The notes: a model not told the origin generated them from the sequence alone. 64,000 bases of DNA from an uncultured Solibacteraceae bacterium (GCA_964460395.1 CAYWQS010000007.1:11135-75134); one strand, 5' to 3'; shown: positions 55,128 to 63,889, numbered from the stretch's first letter. Numbers and translations are program-made.

Positions 55128-55593
55128 ATGGCAAAGGTGGTGCTGTTGCGAGGGGTGAATGTGGGCGGGCACGATTGTGATTCGAAAGGCAGTGACGCAG
55201 GCGGAAGCGCGGCAGGCCGGGGCGGCGCGGCTGCCGTTCGCGACCGGGATCATCATCTGCAACGGACGGGAGGTGTTGCGGTTGATGGAGGCCGGGGACT
55301 TCGCAGAGTATCCGGTGCGGCCCGACCTAGTCCGGTTTGTGAGCGTGCTGCCCCGGATGCCACGGTTTGCACCGCCCGTGCCATTTGATCTTCCGGCAGG
55401 CGAGAAACGATGGCTGGTAAAGGTGGTGGGGCGGCACGGACGGTTTGTGTTGGGGCTATACCGGCGGGAGATGAAGGCGATCCAGGCGCTGGGCGGCCTG
55501 GACCGGGCACTGGGTGCGCAGGCAACGACACGGAACTGGAACACGATGATGGCGATTGCAAGGGTGCTGGGGTGGCGAGGGGGCGGGAAGTAA
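55128..55593 (+). pseudogene. DUF1697 family gene disrupted by frameshift and internal deletion
   Basis: The family N-terminus MAKVVLLRGVNVGGH is read from ATG 55128 in one frame. The rest (PFATGIIICNGREVLRLME...LGAQATTRNWNTMMAIARVL) is in the frame of ORF 55159-55593. The usual ~35-40 aa between the two (LG..V.TYI.SGNVVF) is missing. Confidence 0.55.
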
Positions 55594-56970
55594 TCAGGGT
55601 GCGGACTTATTGTGAGTAAGAGGAGTGGCCGGTTTGCCGAGGGCGGTGGCGAAGCGGTTTTCGGGGGTGAGTTCGGGGTCTTCGTGGCAGCCGATGCAGC
55701 CGCGGTTCTCCTTGTTTTTGACCCAGAACCAGTTGCTGGAGCGGAGGAGTTTGCCGGCGGCGTCGAGGGCTTCGACGCGGAGCGGGGTATTGGCGGGGGC
55801 TTCGACGTGGAAGGAGCCGTCGGCCTCCAGCGGCGCCTCGCCGAGGACGCGTTCGCCGGGGTAGGCGACGAAACGGACGCGGGCGGGTTTGGGCATGGGT
55901 TCAGCGGTGGTAAAGGCGCTGAGGCAATAGATTTTCCCGGTGGAAGCGGACTCCTCGACGACGGAGGCGCGGCCGGGCGGGACGGGGCGGGGGGCGAGTT
56001 CACGGGGTTGGATGTCGTGGCGCTGGGGGTCGTCGTAGAGGAGAGTGGCCTGCCCGGTGGCGGGATCGATGCGGTAGAGGCCGTGGGTCTGGTTGGGGAG
56101 ACGGCGGGCAGCGAGGATGGCTCCGGAGGAGAGGGCGGAGGGCCAGGCGTAGAGGCCATCGGAGGGGAGGGTGAGTGCCCGGTAGGTGTGGCGGTGGCGG
56201 CGGAGGTCGACGGTGGCAAGCGAGCCGGAGGAGTCCCATTCGGGCTGATCGTTCTCGACAAAGACGATGTGGCGGGAGGGCGCGTAGGCGGGCATGGAGC
56301 GAAAGGCGCGGCCGGGGGCGCCGGAGAAGCGTTCCACATCCGTTCCGTCGAGGTTGATGCCGTACAGGAGGGAGGATTTTTCGAAGCGGGCGGAATAGAG
56401 GAGGCGGCCGTCTTCGTTGAGGGTGGCGGTGGCGGCGCCGGCGGGGTGGTAGGTGAGGCGGCGGAGTCCGGAGCCGTCGAGGCGGGCGGAGTAGAGTTGC
56501 GGGACGGCCCCGGATTCGTAGCCGGTGAAGGTGATCTGGGGCTGGGGTTCGGGGTCGTCTAGGTAGAAGATTCTGGACTGGTAGATGGGGGAGCGGCAGT
56601 CCCAGGGAGTTTTGACGACCTGGCGGAGATTGCGGCCGTCGCGGCCGGTTTCGTAGATCTGCCAGGGGCCGGCGGCGGTGCGTTTGGCGGCGAAGAGGAT
56701 CCGGGTGGCGTCCCAGGAGACCGCCGGGTCGGCGGCGGAGTGGAATCCGGGGGCGAGGGGCCGGAGAGCGCCGGAGGGGGTGAGCAAGACGAGGCGGCCC
56801 TGTTCGCCGGGGGGCAGGCCCGGGGTGGCAGGCATCTGGACAAAGACGATGGGCGGGCGGGCGGCGGGCGGGGTTTGGCCGGTGAGCGCCAGAAGCAAGA
56901 TAAAAGAGCTGAAAACCCGAAAAGCGTGCACTGGTGTCCAGTTTATGGGAAAGCGCGCGGGGAGGGCCAT
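55594..56970 (-). CDS. PD40/TolB-like beta-propeller protein with C-terminal single-haem CXXCH module (HzsA-related architecture), secreted
   Basis: Signal peptide, then propeller-like repeats (ILFAAKRTAAGPWQIYETGRDGRNLRQV; LYSARLDGSGLRRLT; LLYGINLDGTDVERF). C-terminal DGSFHVEAPANTPLRVEALDAAGKLLRSSNWFWVKNKENRGCIGCHEDPE. ATG 56970 or the conserved GTG 56931. Confidence 0.75.
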   Translation of the reverse strand: MALPARFPINWTPVHAFRVFSSFILLLALTGQTPPAARPPIVFVQMPATPGLPPGEQGRLVLLTPSGALRPLAPGFHSAADPAVSWDATRILFAAKRTAAGPWQIYETGRDGRNLRQVVKTPWDCRSPIYQSRIFYLDDPEPQPQITFTGYESGAVPQLYSARLDGSGLRRLTYHPAGAATATLNEDGRLLYSARFEKSSLLYGINLDGTDVERFSGAPGRAFRSMPAYAPSRHIVFVENDQPEWDSSGSLATVDLRRHRHTYRALTLPSDGLYAWPSALSSGAILAARRLPNQTHGLYRIDPATGQATLLYDDPQRHDIQPRELAPRPVPPGRASVVEESASTGKIYCLSAFTTAEPMPKPARVRFVAYPGERVLGEAPLEADGSFHVEAPANTPLRVEALDAAGKLLRSSNWFWVKNKENRGCIGCHEDPELTPENRFATALGKPATPLTHNKSAP

Positions 56971-56989
56971 AACGCGAAGGTATTAGGGG
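56915..56989 (-). repeat. Copy B of the conserved ~75-nt 5' element (upstream/5' end of HzsA-like gene)
   Basis: See copy A. It spans the 25-nt gap after the DUF155 gene and the first codons of ORF 55594-56970. Confidence 0.65.
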
Positions 56990-56995
56990 CGGGGC

Positions 56996-58078
56996 TCAGA
57001 GGATGCCGGCTTCGCGGAGGAGGAAGACGAGGTCGATGATGAGGATGATGACGACGGCGAGTTCGAGGACGAAGGCGCGGCCGTGGTGGATTTCGTTGAC
57101 CATGAACTGGTAGAGGTCGCCGGCGGTGCGGAGTTTTTCGTCGACGAGTTTGCGGTAGTCGTTGACGCCGATGCGGTCGGCGGCGAGGCGGTAGGCGCGG
57201 GCGTAGAACATGTCGCCGATGAATTTGAGGGCGTTGTCGGCGCGTTCGGTGAGGTCGGTGACATCGAGGCGGAGGGCGTTGAGGCGGGCGGCGTCGCGGG
57301 CGTACTGCCAGCGGGTGAACCAGGAGCGGGGGGAGTCGAGGCGGGCGTAGGCCTCGCGGAGGACGGCGCTGATCACTTCGTCGTAGAAGCGGAACTCGAG
57401 CAACTGGGTGTTGGCGAATTCGAGGAGTTGGGTGGTAGCGAGGGCGCCCTCGTCGGTGTCGAAGACGACGGCGGCGGTCCAGCCGGGGATGAGGAGGTCG
57501 GAGGGGTAGTAAGAGAGGCTGCCGCGGACGACTTCGAGGCATTCGGCTTCGGCGAGCGGGGTGGTTTCGGTGCGGACGAGCTGGGCGAGTTCGGAGGAAT
57601 GGCGGGAGAGCAGGTCGGCGGCGGAGAGGATACCGTCGACTTCGCGGAGGTGGATGACGTAGTAGTCCTCGGTCATCCAGTGGGGGCTGGGTTTCTTGAG
57701 AGCGCCGGCCATGATTTCGGCGCCGCGGCGGGCGAGAGAGGCGGCGAGTTGTTCCACGTCGGCGGAGCCGGCGAGGCGCTGGTTAAGGCGGAGCAGGGCG
57801 GGCCAGTCGCAGTCGAGGGGGTGGAGGAGTTCGACGCTGACGACACCGTATTGAAAGACGCGGAGGGTGTAGGTGAACTCTTCGCCGGAATCGAGCCGGA
57901 CGGGTTCGCCGGAGAGGATGACCGGCGGATGCTCGAAGCGGACGTATTGGGGGGCGGGGAGGCGGAACTGGGGGCCGCGGCCCGGGGGCTGGCCGAGGCG
58001 CTGGCGGACGAGATCGAGATCGATTTCCTCGGCGATGTCGAACAGGAGGAGGGCGCGGTAGGCGCCACGCAGGGGCAT
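56996..58078 (-). CDS. RMD1/DUF155 family protein with C-terminal TM helix
   Basis: MPLRGAYRALLLFDIAEEIDLDLVRQRL start, internal helical region, and terminal hydrophobic helix FVLELAVVIILIIDLVFLL. ATG 58078 chosen; the upstream 103 codons of the ORF are low-complexity. Confidence 0.65.
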   Translation of the reverse strand: MPLRGAYRALLLFDIAEEIDLDLVRQRLGQPPGRGPQFRLPAPQYVRFEHPPVILSGEPVRLDSGEEFTYTLRVFQYGVVSVELLHPLDCDWPALLRLNQRLAGSADVEQLAASLARRGAEIMAGALKKPSPHWMTEDYYVIHLREVDGILSAADLLSRHSSELAQLVRTETTPLAEAECLEVVRGSLSYYPSDLLIPGWTAAVVFDTDEGALATTQLLEFANTQLLEFRFYDEVISAVLREAYARLDSPRSWFTRWQYARDAARLNALRLDVTDLTERADNALKFIGDMFYARAYRLAADRIGVNDYRKLVDEKLRTAGDLYQFMVNEIHHGRAFVLELAVVIILIIDLVFLLREAGIL

Positions 58079-58191
58079 GGGGGCTCCGTGAGGCAATTCT
58101 AGCGGGAACGGGAGTAGTACGCGGCGGGATTGTGTCCGGCGGAGAGGTGTGGCAGGGTTGGCCTGAGAGTCGAGGATATAGGAGTGCGAAT

Positions 58192-58791
58192 ATGCGAAGT
58201 CTGACGAGGGCCGCTGCTGCGGCCGTGCTGTGGGCCGGGGTGAGTCTGGGATGTCCTTTGTACGAGCCGACATATCCGCTGGTCCGGGATTTCGACGGGG
58301 CTGGAGTGGAGATCGGCGGAGCCGGAGCGCCGTGGCAGGCTGTGGCGTTTCAGTTCCGGCCGCAGCGGTCGACCCCGCTGAGTGCAATCCAGATCTTACT
58401 TACCTGTCTGGAGCCGGAGGACGGCGGAGCCGGCTGCGATTTTCTGGTGGAGTTGAGAGAAGACGAAAATGGCCTGCCGGGCCGCGAGATGGCATTGCAG
58501 CCCACACCGCGGTTTTATCGCGAGCAGTTGTACTGGATTTCCGTGGCCATTCTCAGCGGCGCACGGGGGCAGTGGGACTACCTCGCCTTCGTAGAGGAAT
58601 TGCGCGGGCGGATGGCGTTTCTTTCTTCGCAAGCCGGCGGGGGCGGCGCTTTGGGTGGTGTGGCGGGCGAGGAGGAGCAGGCTACACTAGCGGGTAAAGA
58701 TCAAGCGCATGCGACTTCTCATTGGTGTGCTCGTGTTGGCGGGAGTGGGCGCCGTGGCGTGGCAAGCACCGCGCGGGGCGATTCATTTTAG
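58192..58791 (+). CDS. Hypothetical small secreted protein
   Basis: MRSLTRAAAAAVLWAGVSLGC signal-like N-terminus and a plausible globular ~130 aa. The glycine-rich tail overlaps the next gene by 83 nt, so the true 3' end is uncertain. No recognised family. Confidence 0.35.
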   Translation: MRSLTRAAAAAVLWAGVSLGCPLYEPTYPLVRDFDGAGVEIGGAGAPWQAVAFQFRPQRSTPLSAIQILLTCLEPEDGGAGCDFLVELREDENGLPGREMALQPTPRFYREQLYWISVAILSGARGQWDYLAFVEELRGRMAFLSSQAGGGGALGGVAGEEEQATLAGKDQAHATSHWCARVGGSGRRGVASTARGDSF

Positions 58792-60358
58792 ATATCAGCC
58801 GCTGCCGTTCCGTTTGGAAAACGATGAAACGCAGAGGCGGTATGCGCCGGAGACGATGGCCGGCGGGGTGGCGGCGTTCGATTTCAACAATGACGGCCAC
58901 CTGGATATCTTCTTCCCGAACGGCGCGAACTTGAAGACGTTGAAGAAGGAAGGCCCGAAGCATTGGAACCGGCTGTATGCGGGGGATGGCAAGGGTAATT
59001 TTCAGGACGTGACGGAGAAGGCCGGGCTGGCAGGGACCGGGTATGACAACGCGGCGGCGGCCGCCGATTTCGACGGGGACGGATGCGTGGATCTTTTCGT
59101 GGGCGGCATCCACCGGAACACGCTGTACCGGAATCAGTGCGACGGGACGTTCCGGGACGTCACCGTGGAGGCGGGGCTGGCGGGAAAAGCGGATCCGCAG
59201 CACGGGCCATATTGGAACGTGGGGGCGGTGTGGTTTGATGCGGATAACAACGGGACGCTGGACCTGTTTGTGACGAATTATTTGGCCTGGAATTACGAAA
59301 AAGAGCCGAATTGCGAATACGAAAACCATTTTGAGTATTGCCACCCGCGGTATTACAAGGGGTTGCCGAACCAGTTGTTTCTGAACGATGGAAAAGGGCG
59401 GTTCCGGGATGTATCGGCGGAGGCGGGGATCCGGGCGCAGGTGGGCAAGGGGATGGGGGCGGCGATGGCGGATTTCGACGGCGACGGGTTGGCGGACCTG
59501 TTCGTGTCGAACGATAAGATGTTCAACTTTTTCTTCCACAACCGGGGGAAAGGGAAGTTCGAGGAGCGGGCGTTCGAGTTGGGCGTGGCGCTGGCTGAGC
59601 ACGGCGAGATGATTTCGGGGATGGGCGTGGATTTCCGGGACATCGACAACGACGGGCATCCCGACATTTCGCTGGTGGCGCTGGACCTGGAGACGTTCCC
59701 GGTGTTCCGGAACACGGGGAAGGGCGGGTTTGAGGAAGTGACTGGCCCGTCGGGGCTGTCTGCGCTGACGCGGAAGATGGCGGGCTACAGCCCGGTGATT
59801 GTGGATCTGGACAACGATGGCTGGAAGGACCTGTTTGTGACGCGGGGGCATGTGCAGTCGCCGCTGATGGCGCCGCGGGTGTTGATTGACCAGCACAACA
59901 CGGTGTTCCGGAACTTGGGCAACGGGAAGTTTGCGGCATTGACGGAGGAGGCGGGGCTGGCGGCGGGACCGGCGGCGCGGCACCGGGGTTCGGCGTTTGG
60001 GGATTTCAACGGGGACGGGCGGCTGGATGCGGTGGTGGTGGCGTTGTCGGGGCAGGCGCAGTTGTGGCTGAACGATTCGGAAGGCGCGGGGCAGTGGCTG
60101 GCGTTGCGGCTGCGGGGGCGGAAGTCGAACCGGGGGGCGATTGGGGCGAAGGTGAAGTTGGTGGCGGGCGGGAAGGCGCAGTACAACCACGTGACGACGG
60201 CGATGGGGTATGCCTCCTCGTCGGCGGGTCCGCTGCATTTCGGCTTGGGGGCGGAGCGGAAGGCGGAGCTGGTGGAGGTGACTTGGCCGTCGGGCGCGAA
60301 GCAGGTGGTGAAGGACCTGGCGGCGGGGCGGGTGCACGAGGTGGCGGAGCCGGAGTAG
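58709..60358 (+). CDS. CRTAC1-family protein (FG-GAP + ASPIC/UnbV), second paralog
   Basis: Signal peptide. FDFNNDGHLDIFFPNG, ADFDGDGCVDLFVG, FDADNNGTLDLFV, ADFDGDGLADLFV, IDNDGHPDISL, DLDNDGWKDLFV, GDFNGDGRLDAVV. C-terminal GPLHFGLGAERKAELVEVTWPSG. Confidence 0.85.
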   Translation: MRLLIGVLVLAGVGAVAWQAPRGAIHFRYQPLPFRLENDETQRRYAPETMAGGVAAFDFNNDGHLDIFFPNGANLKTLKKEGPKHWNRLYAGDGKGNFQDVTEKAGLAGTGYDNAAAAADFDGDGCVDLFVGGIHRNTLYRNQCDGTFRDVTVEAGLAGKADPQHGPYWNVGAVWFDADNNGTLDLFVTNYLAWNYEKEPNCEYENHFEYCHPRYYKGLPNQLFLNDGKGRFRDVSAEAGIRAQVGKGMGAAMADFDGDGLADLFVSNDKMFNFFFHNRGKGKFEERAFELGVALAEHGEMISGMGVDFRDIDNDGHPDISLVALDLETFPVFRNTGKGGFEEVTGPSGLSALTRKMAGYSPVIVDLDNDGWKDLFVTRGHVQSPLMAPRVLIDQHNTVFRNLGNGKFAALTEEAGLAAGPAARHRGSAFGDFNGDGRLDAVVVALSGQAQLWLNDSEGAGQWLALRLRGRKSNRGAIGAKVKLVAGGKAQYNHVTTAMGYASSSAGPLHFGLGAERKAELVEVTWPSGAKQVVKDLAAGRVHEVAEPE

Positions 60359-60567
60359 GGAGCGGGTCGACAAGCCCCGGGTGTGGGAGGTGTTGGGGAC
60401 GCATTCCGAAGCAGAGTTGGGGGCGAGCGAGGAAGGGTTCTTGGGGTTTCCTGGCTTGTCAGGCCGGGTCCAGCGATGAAGGAGCCGCGCTGGCGGCATG
60501 GATGCATCAGCGGCGGGCGGCGGACCGGATGCAGGGGTCCGATATACTGCTGGCGAGGTTTCCATTG

Positions 60568-63500
60568 ATGCGCGCGATTTGTTCTTTGTCTTTGCTGCTG
60601 GCGGTGTGTGCCGCGATGCCGGGCCAGGTGACGGTGACGGAAGAGAGCACGGTGATTCCGACCTATCCGGCGGGGGCGGCGGATCCGAACCCGATGTTCT
60701 TTACGGGGCGGGTGTACCAGGGGGCGAAGGGGATGGTGTATCCCTACCCGATGTACGACAAGCTGAGCGATGAAAAGACCGACAAGACTTACAAGCTGGT
60801 GTGCCTGGAGAACGAGTATGTGAAGGTTTGCGTGTTGCCGGAGATCGGGGGGCGGATTTTCTCGGCAGTGGACAAGACGAACGGCTACAACTTTTTCTAC
60901 AAGCAGAGCGTGATCAAGCCGGCGTTGATCGGGATGCTGGGGGCATGGATTTCGGGCGGAGTGGAGTGGAATATTCCGCACCATCACCGGGCTTCGAGTT
61001 TCAATCCGGTGCTGTACCGGACGGAGGAACGTGCGGACGGCAGCAAGACGGTGTGGGTGGGCGAATTGGAGTTGAGGGACCGGATGCGATGGGCGATTGG
61101 GCTGACGTTGCGCCCGAAGAGTTCGGTGCTGGAGGCGCGCGTGACGGCGCTGAACACAACTCCGCTGGCGAATTCGCTGTTGTACTTCGCCAACGTGGCG
61201 GTGCACACGAACGAGAACTACCAGGTGATTTTCCCGCCGCGAACGCAGTTTGCGACGCAGCATGCCAAGCGGGAGTTTTCGAAGTGGCCGGTGGCGGACG
61301 GGGTCTACAACGGCATCGATTTCACGAAGGGCGTGGACGTATCCATGTGGAAGAACCACCCGTCGTCGATTTCGATGTTCTGCTGGAACGAAGAAGACGT
61401 ATTTCTGGCGGGGTATGACCACGGGAAGCAGGCGGGGACGATGCACGTGGCAGACCCGCACCAGGTGCCCGGGAAGAAGTTCTTTACGTGGGGGACGGGG
61501 CCCTCGGGACGGTTGTGGGACAAGATCCTGAGCGACACGGACGGACCATACCTGGAGTTGATGGTGGGGGCATGGTCGGACAATCAGCCGGACTATAGCT
61601 GGATGCAGCCGTATGAGACGAAGAGCGTGGAGCAATTCTGGTATCCGTTCCGGGACATCGGCGGGGCCAAAGAGGCAACGCGGGATGCCGCGGTGAACCT
61701 GGAGGTGGCCGGGCGCAAGGCCAAGGTGGGTTTCTATGTGACGCGTCCGGTGGCGCAGGCGCGCGCGGTGCTGACGGTGGACGGCAAGGAAGTGTGGACA
61801 GAGACGGCGGATCTGGATCCGGCGAAGACGCTGGTGAAGGAAGTGGAATTGCCCGCGGCGGGGAAAGTGCGCGCAGCGCTGGTGGCGGGCGGGAAGGAAC
61901 TGGTGGCGTACGCACCGGTGGAGTTGACGTCGCAGCCGATGCCACAACCGGCTTCGGCGCCGGGGGATCCGAAGGAGATCCGGACCGTGGAGGAACTAGT
62001 GCTGACCGGGCAGCGGCTGGAGCAATTCCATAATCCTTCGGTGGACCCGGAGCCGTATTACCGGGAGGCGTTGCGGCGGGATGCGGGCGACAGCCAGGCG
62101 AACACGGCGCTGGGGATTCTGAAGCTGAAACAGGCGCGTTATGGCGAGGCGGAGAAGGTGCTCCGGGCGGCGGCAGACCGTGTGGAGCAGAACTACACGC
62201 GGGCGAAGAACTGCGAGCCGCTGTACTACCTGGGGTTGAGTTTGAAGTGGCAGGAGAAGTATGCCGCGGCGGAGGTGGCGCTGCAGCGGGCGGCGTGGTG
62301 TTACGCGTGGCAGTCGCCAGCGTATTTCCAACTGGCGGAGATCGCTTCGTTGCGGGGGCGCACGGCGGAGGCTCTGGCGCTGGCGGAGCGCTCGCTGGTG
62401 ACGAATCAGTGGAACACAAAGGCGCTTTCGTTGAAGGCGCTGCTGTTGCAGCGGATGGGCGAAGGAGGGAAGGCGGCGGAAACGCGGAGGCAGATCCGGG
62501 CGATCGACCCGCTGGACCTGCGGGGGTATCGGGAGTTGATGGAATTGGCGGAAGTGACGATGGCGTTTCCGCAAGAAGGGTTAGAACTGGTGGCGGACTG
62601 CGTGAACGCAGGGCTGTGGCGCGAGGCGCTGTTTCTGCTGGACCGGTTTCCGGGAGCGGACATTCAGACCGCGTACTTGCAGGGGCTGGTGGCGGAGAAA
62701 ACGGGGCAGGAGCAGACGGCGCGGAATCATTATTTGCGGGCGTCGAAGATGCGCTGGGAGGGCGTGTTCCCGTTCCAGAGAGAGATGATGCCGGCTTTCG
62801 AAGCAGCTTTGCGGACGAACGCGGGGGACGCCAGGGCGTCCTATTTGTTGGGCCTGTTTCTATATGACCGTCAACCGGAGCGGGCGGCGGAATTGTGGGA
62901 GCAGGCACTGAAGGCCGATCCGCAACTTGCGCTGGCGCACCGGAACCTGGCGGTGTACCACGCGCAGCGGGATGGAGGCGTGCCGCAGGCGGCCGCTCAC
63001 CTGGAAAAGGCGATTGCGCTGAACGGCAAGGAGGCGCTGTGGCTGTTTGAACTGGACCGGCTGTATGAATTTGCGCAGAAGCCGGTGGCCGAGCGACTGG
63101 CGCTGTTTGAGCGGAACAGGCAAACGGCGGAGACGCGCGACGATGCGATGTCGAGGCTGGTGCAGATCCAGGTGCTGGCCGGGCAGTATGACGCAGCGAT
63201 CGCGACGATGAAGCAGCGGCACTTCCACTTGTGGGAGGGGGGCGCGCGGTTCAACGTGCAGGACGCGTGGACAGACGCGCACTTGCAGCGCGGGCACGGG
63301 AAGCTGGCGGCGAAGGATTACTCCGGCGCGCTGGCGGATTACCGGGCGGCGATCGAGTATCCGGAGAACCTGGAGGTGACGCGGGCGTACCGGGGAAGCC
63401 GGGCGCCGGAGACGCTTTACTTCGCGGGGGTGGCGCTGGAAGCGTTGGGCCGGCAGGAGGAGGCGCGGAAGTGCTGGCAGGAAGGAGCGCAGGAGTTACT

Positions 63501-63834
63501 GGGGACGGAAGATAACCCGCGGCCGACGGTGAATTCCGGGGCAGCGTTGTTGTACTACCAGGCGCTGTCGCTGGAGAGGCTGGGCCAGAAAGAGCGGGCG
63601 CGAGGGATTTACCAGTCGCTGCTTCAGGCGGCGGAGGCGGCCATGAAGCCTGGCGAGGAGAACGAGTTCTTCGCCAAGTTTGGTGAACGGCAGCCGCCGC
63701 GCATGCGGCAGGCGATGGCGCATTATATTGCCGGGCTGGGGCATGAAGGGTTAGGCGAGAAGCAGAAGGCAGAGGCGGAGTTCCGGAAGGCGGGCGAATT
63801 GAATGCATACCTGGTGGGGGTAAAGCGGAGATAG
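60568..63834 (+). CDS. DUF5107 domain protein fused to long TPR region (1088 aa), secreted
   Basis: MRAICSLSLLLAVCAAMPG signal. VIPTYPAGAADPNPMFFTGRVYQGAKGMVYPYPMYDKL is the typical DUF5107 start. The C-terminal half has TPR-like helical repeats. ORF-track start 60064 rejected because it has no signal and is low complexity. Confidence 0.8.
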   Translation: MRAICSLSLLLAVCAAMPGQVTVTEESTVIPTYPAGAADPNPMFFTGRVYQGAKGMVYPYPMYDKLSDEKTDKTYKLVCLENEYVKVCVLPEIGGRIFSAVDKTNGYNFFYKQSVIKPALIGMLGAWISGGVEWNIPHHHRASSFNPVLYRTEERADGSKTVWVGELELRDRMRWAIGLTLRPKSSVLEARVTALNTTPLANSLLYFANVAVHTNENYQVIFPPRTQFATQHAKREFSKWPVADGVYNGIDFTKGVDVSMWKNHPSSISMFCWNEEDVFLAGYDHGKQAGTMHVADPHQVPGKKFFTWGTGPSGRLWDKILSDTDGPYLELMVGAWSDNQPDYSWMQPYETKSVEQFWYPFRDIGGAKEATRDAAVNLEVAGRKAKVGFYVTRPVAQARAVLTVDGKEVWTETADLDPAKTLVKEVELPAAGKVRAALVAGGKELVAYAPVELTSQPMPQPASAPGDPKEIRTVEELVLTGQRLEQFHNPSVDPEPYYREALRRDAGDSQANTALGILKLKQARYGEAEKVLRAAADRVEQNYTRAKNCEPLYYLGLSLKWQEKYAAAEVALQRAAWCYAWQSPAYFQLAEIASLRGRTAEALALAERSLVTNQWNTKALSLKALLLQRMGEGGKAAETRRQIRAIDPLDLRGYRELMELAEVTMAFPQEGLELVADCVNAGLWREALFLLDRFPGADIQTAYLQGLVAEKTGQEQTARNHYLRASKMRWEGVFPFQREMMPAFEAALRTNAGDARASYLLGLFLYDRQPERAAELWEQALKADPQLALAHRNLAVYHAQRDGGVPQAAAHLEKAIALNGKEALWLFELDRLYEFAQKPVAERLALFERNRQTAETRDDAMSRLVQIQVLAGQYDAAIATMKQRHFHLWEGGARFNVQDAWTDAHLQRGHGKLAAKDYSGALADYRAAIEYPENLEVTRAYRGSRAPETLYFAGVALEALGRQEEARKCWQEGAQELLGTEDNPRPTVNSGAALLYYQALSLERLGQKERARGIYQSLLQAAEAAMKPGEENEFFAKFGERQPPRMRQAMAHYIAGLGHEGLGEKQKAEAEFRKAGELNAYLVGVKRR

Positions 63835-63889
63835 GTCTGCTATAAAAAGATTGCGTCATCCGGAATTGCCGGAAGAGGTTATCTGCGCA

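Noticed and set aside
56943-57542. 199-aa extremely Pro/Arg-rich ORF (minus strand, alternative frame)
   Set aside because: It is out of frame within the DUF155 gene. Its composition is a codon-shadow artefact and it has no start context or motif.
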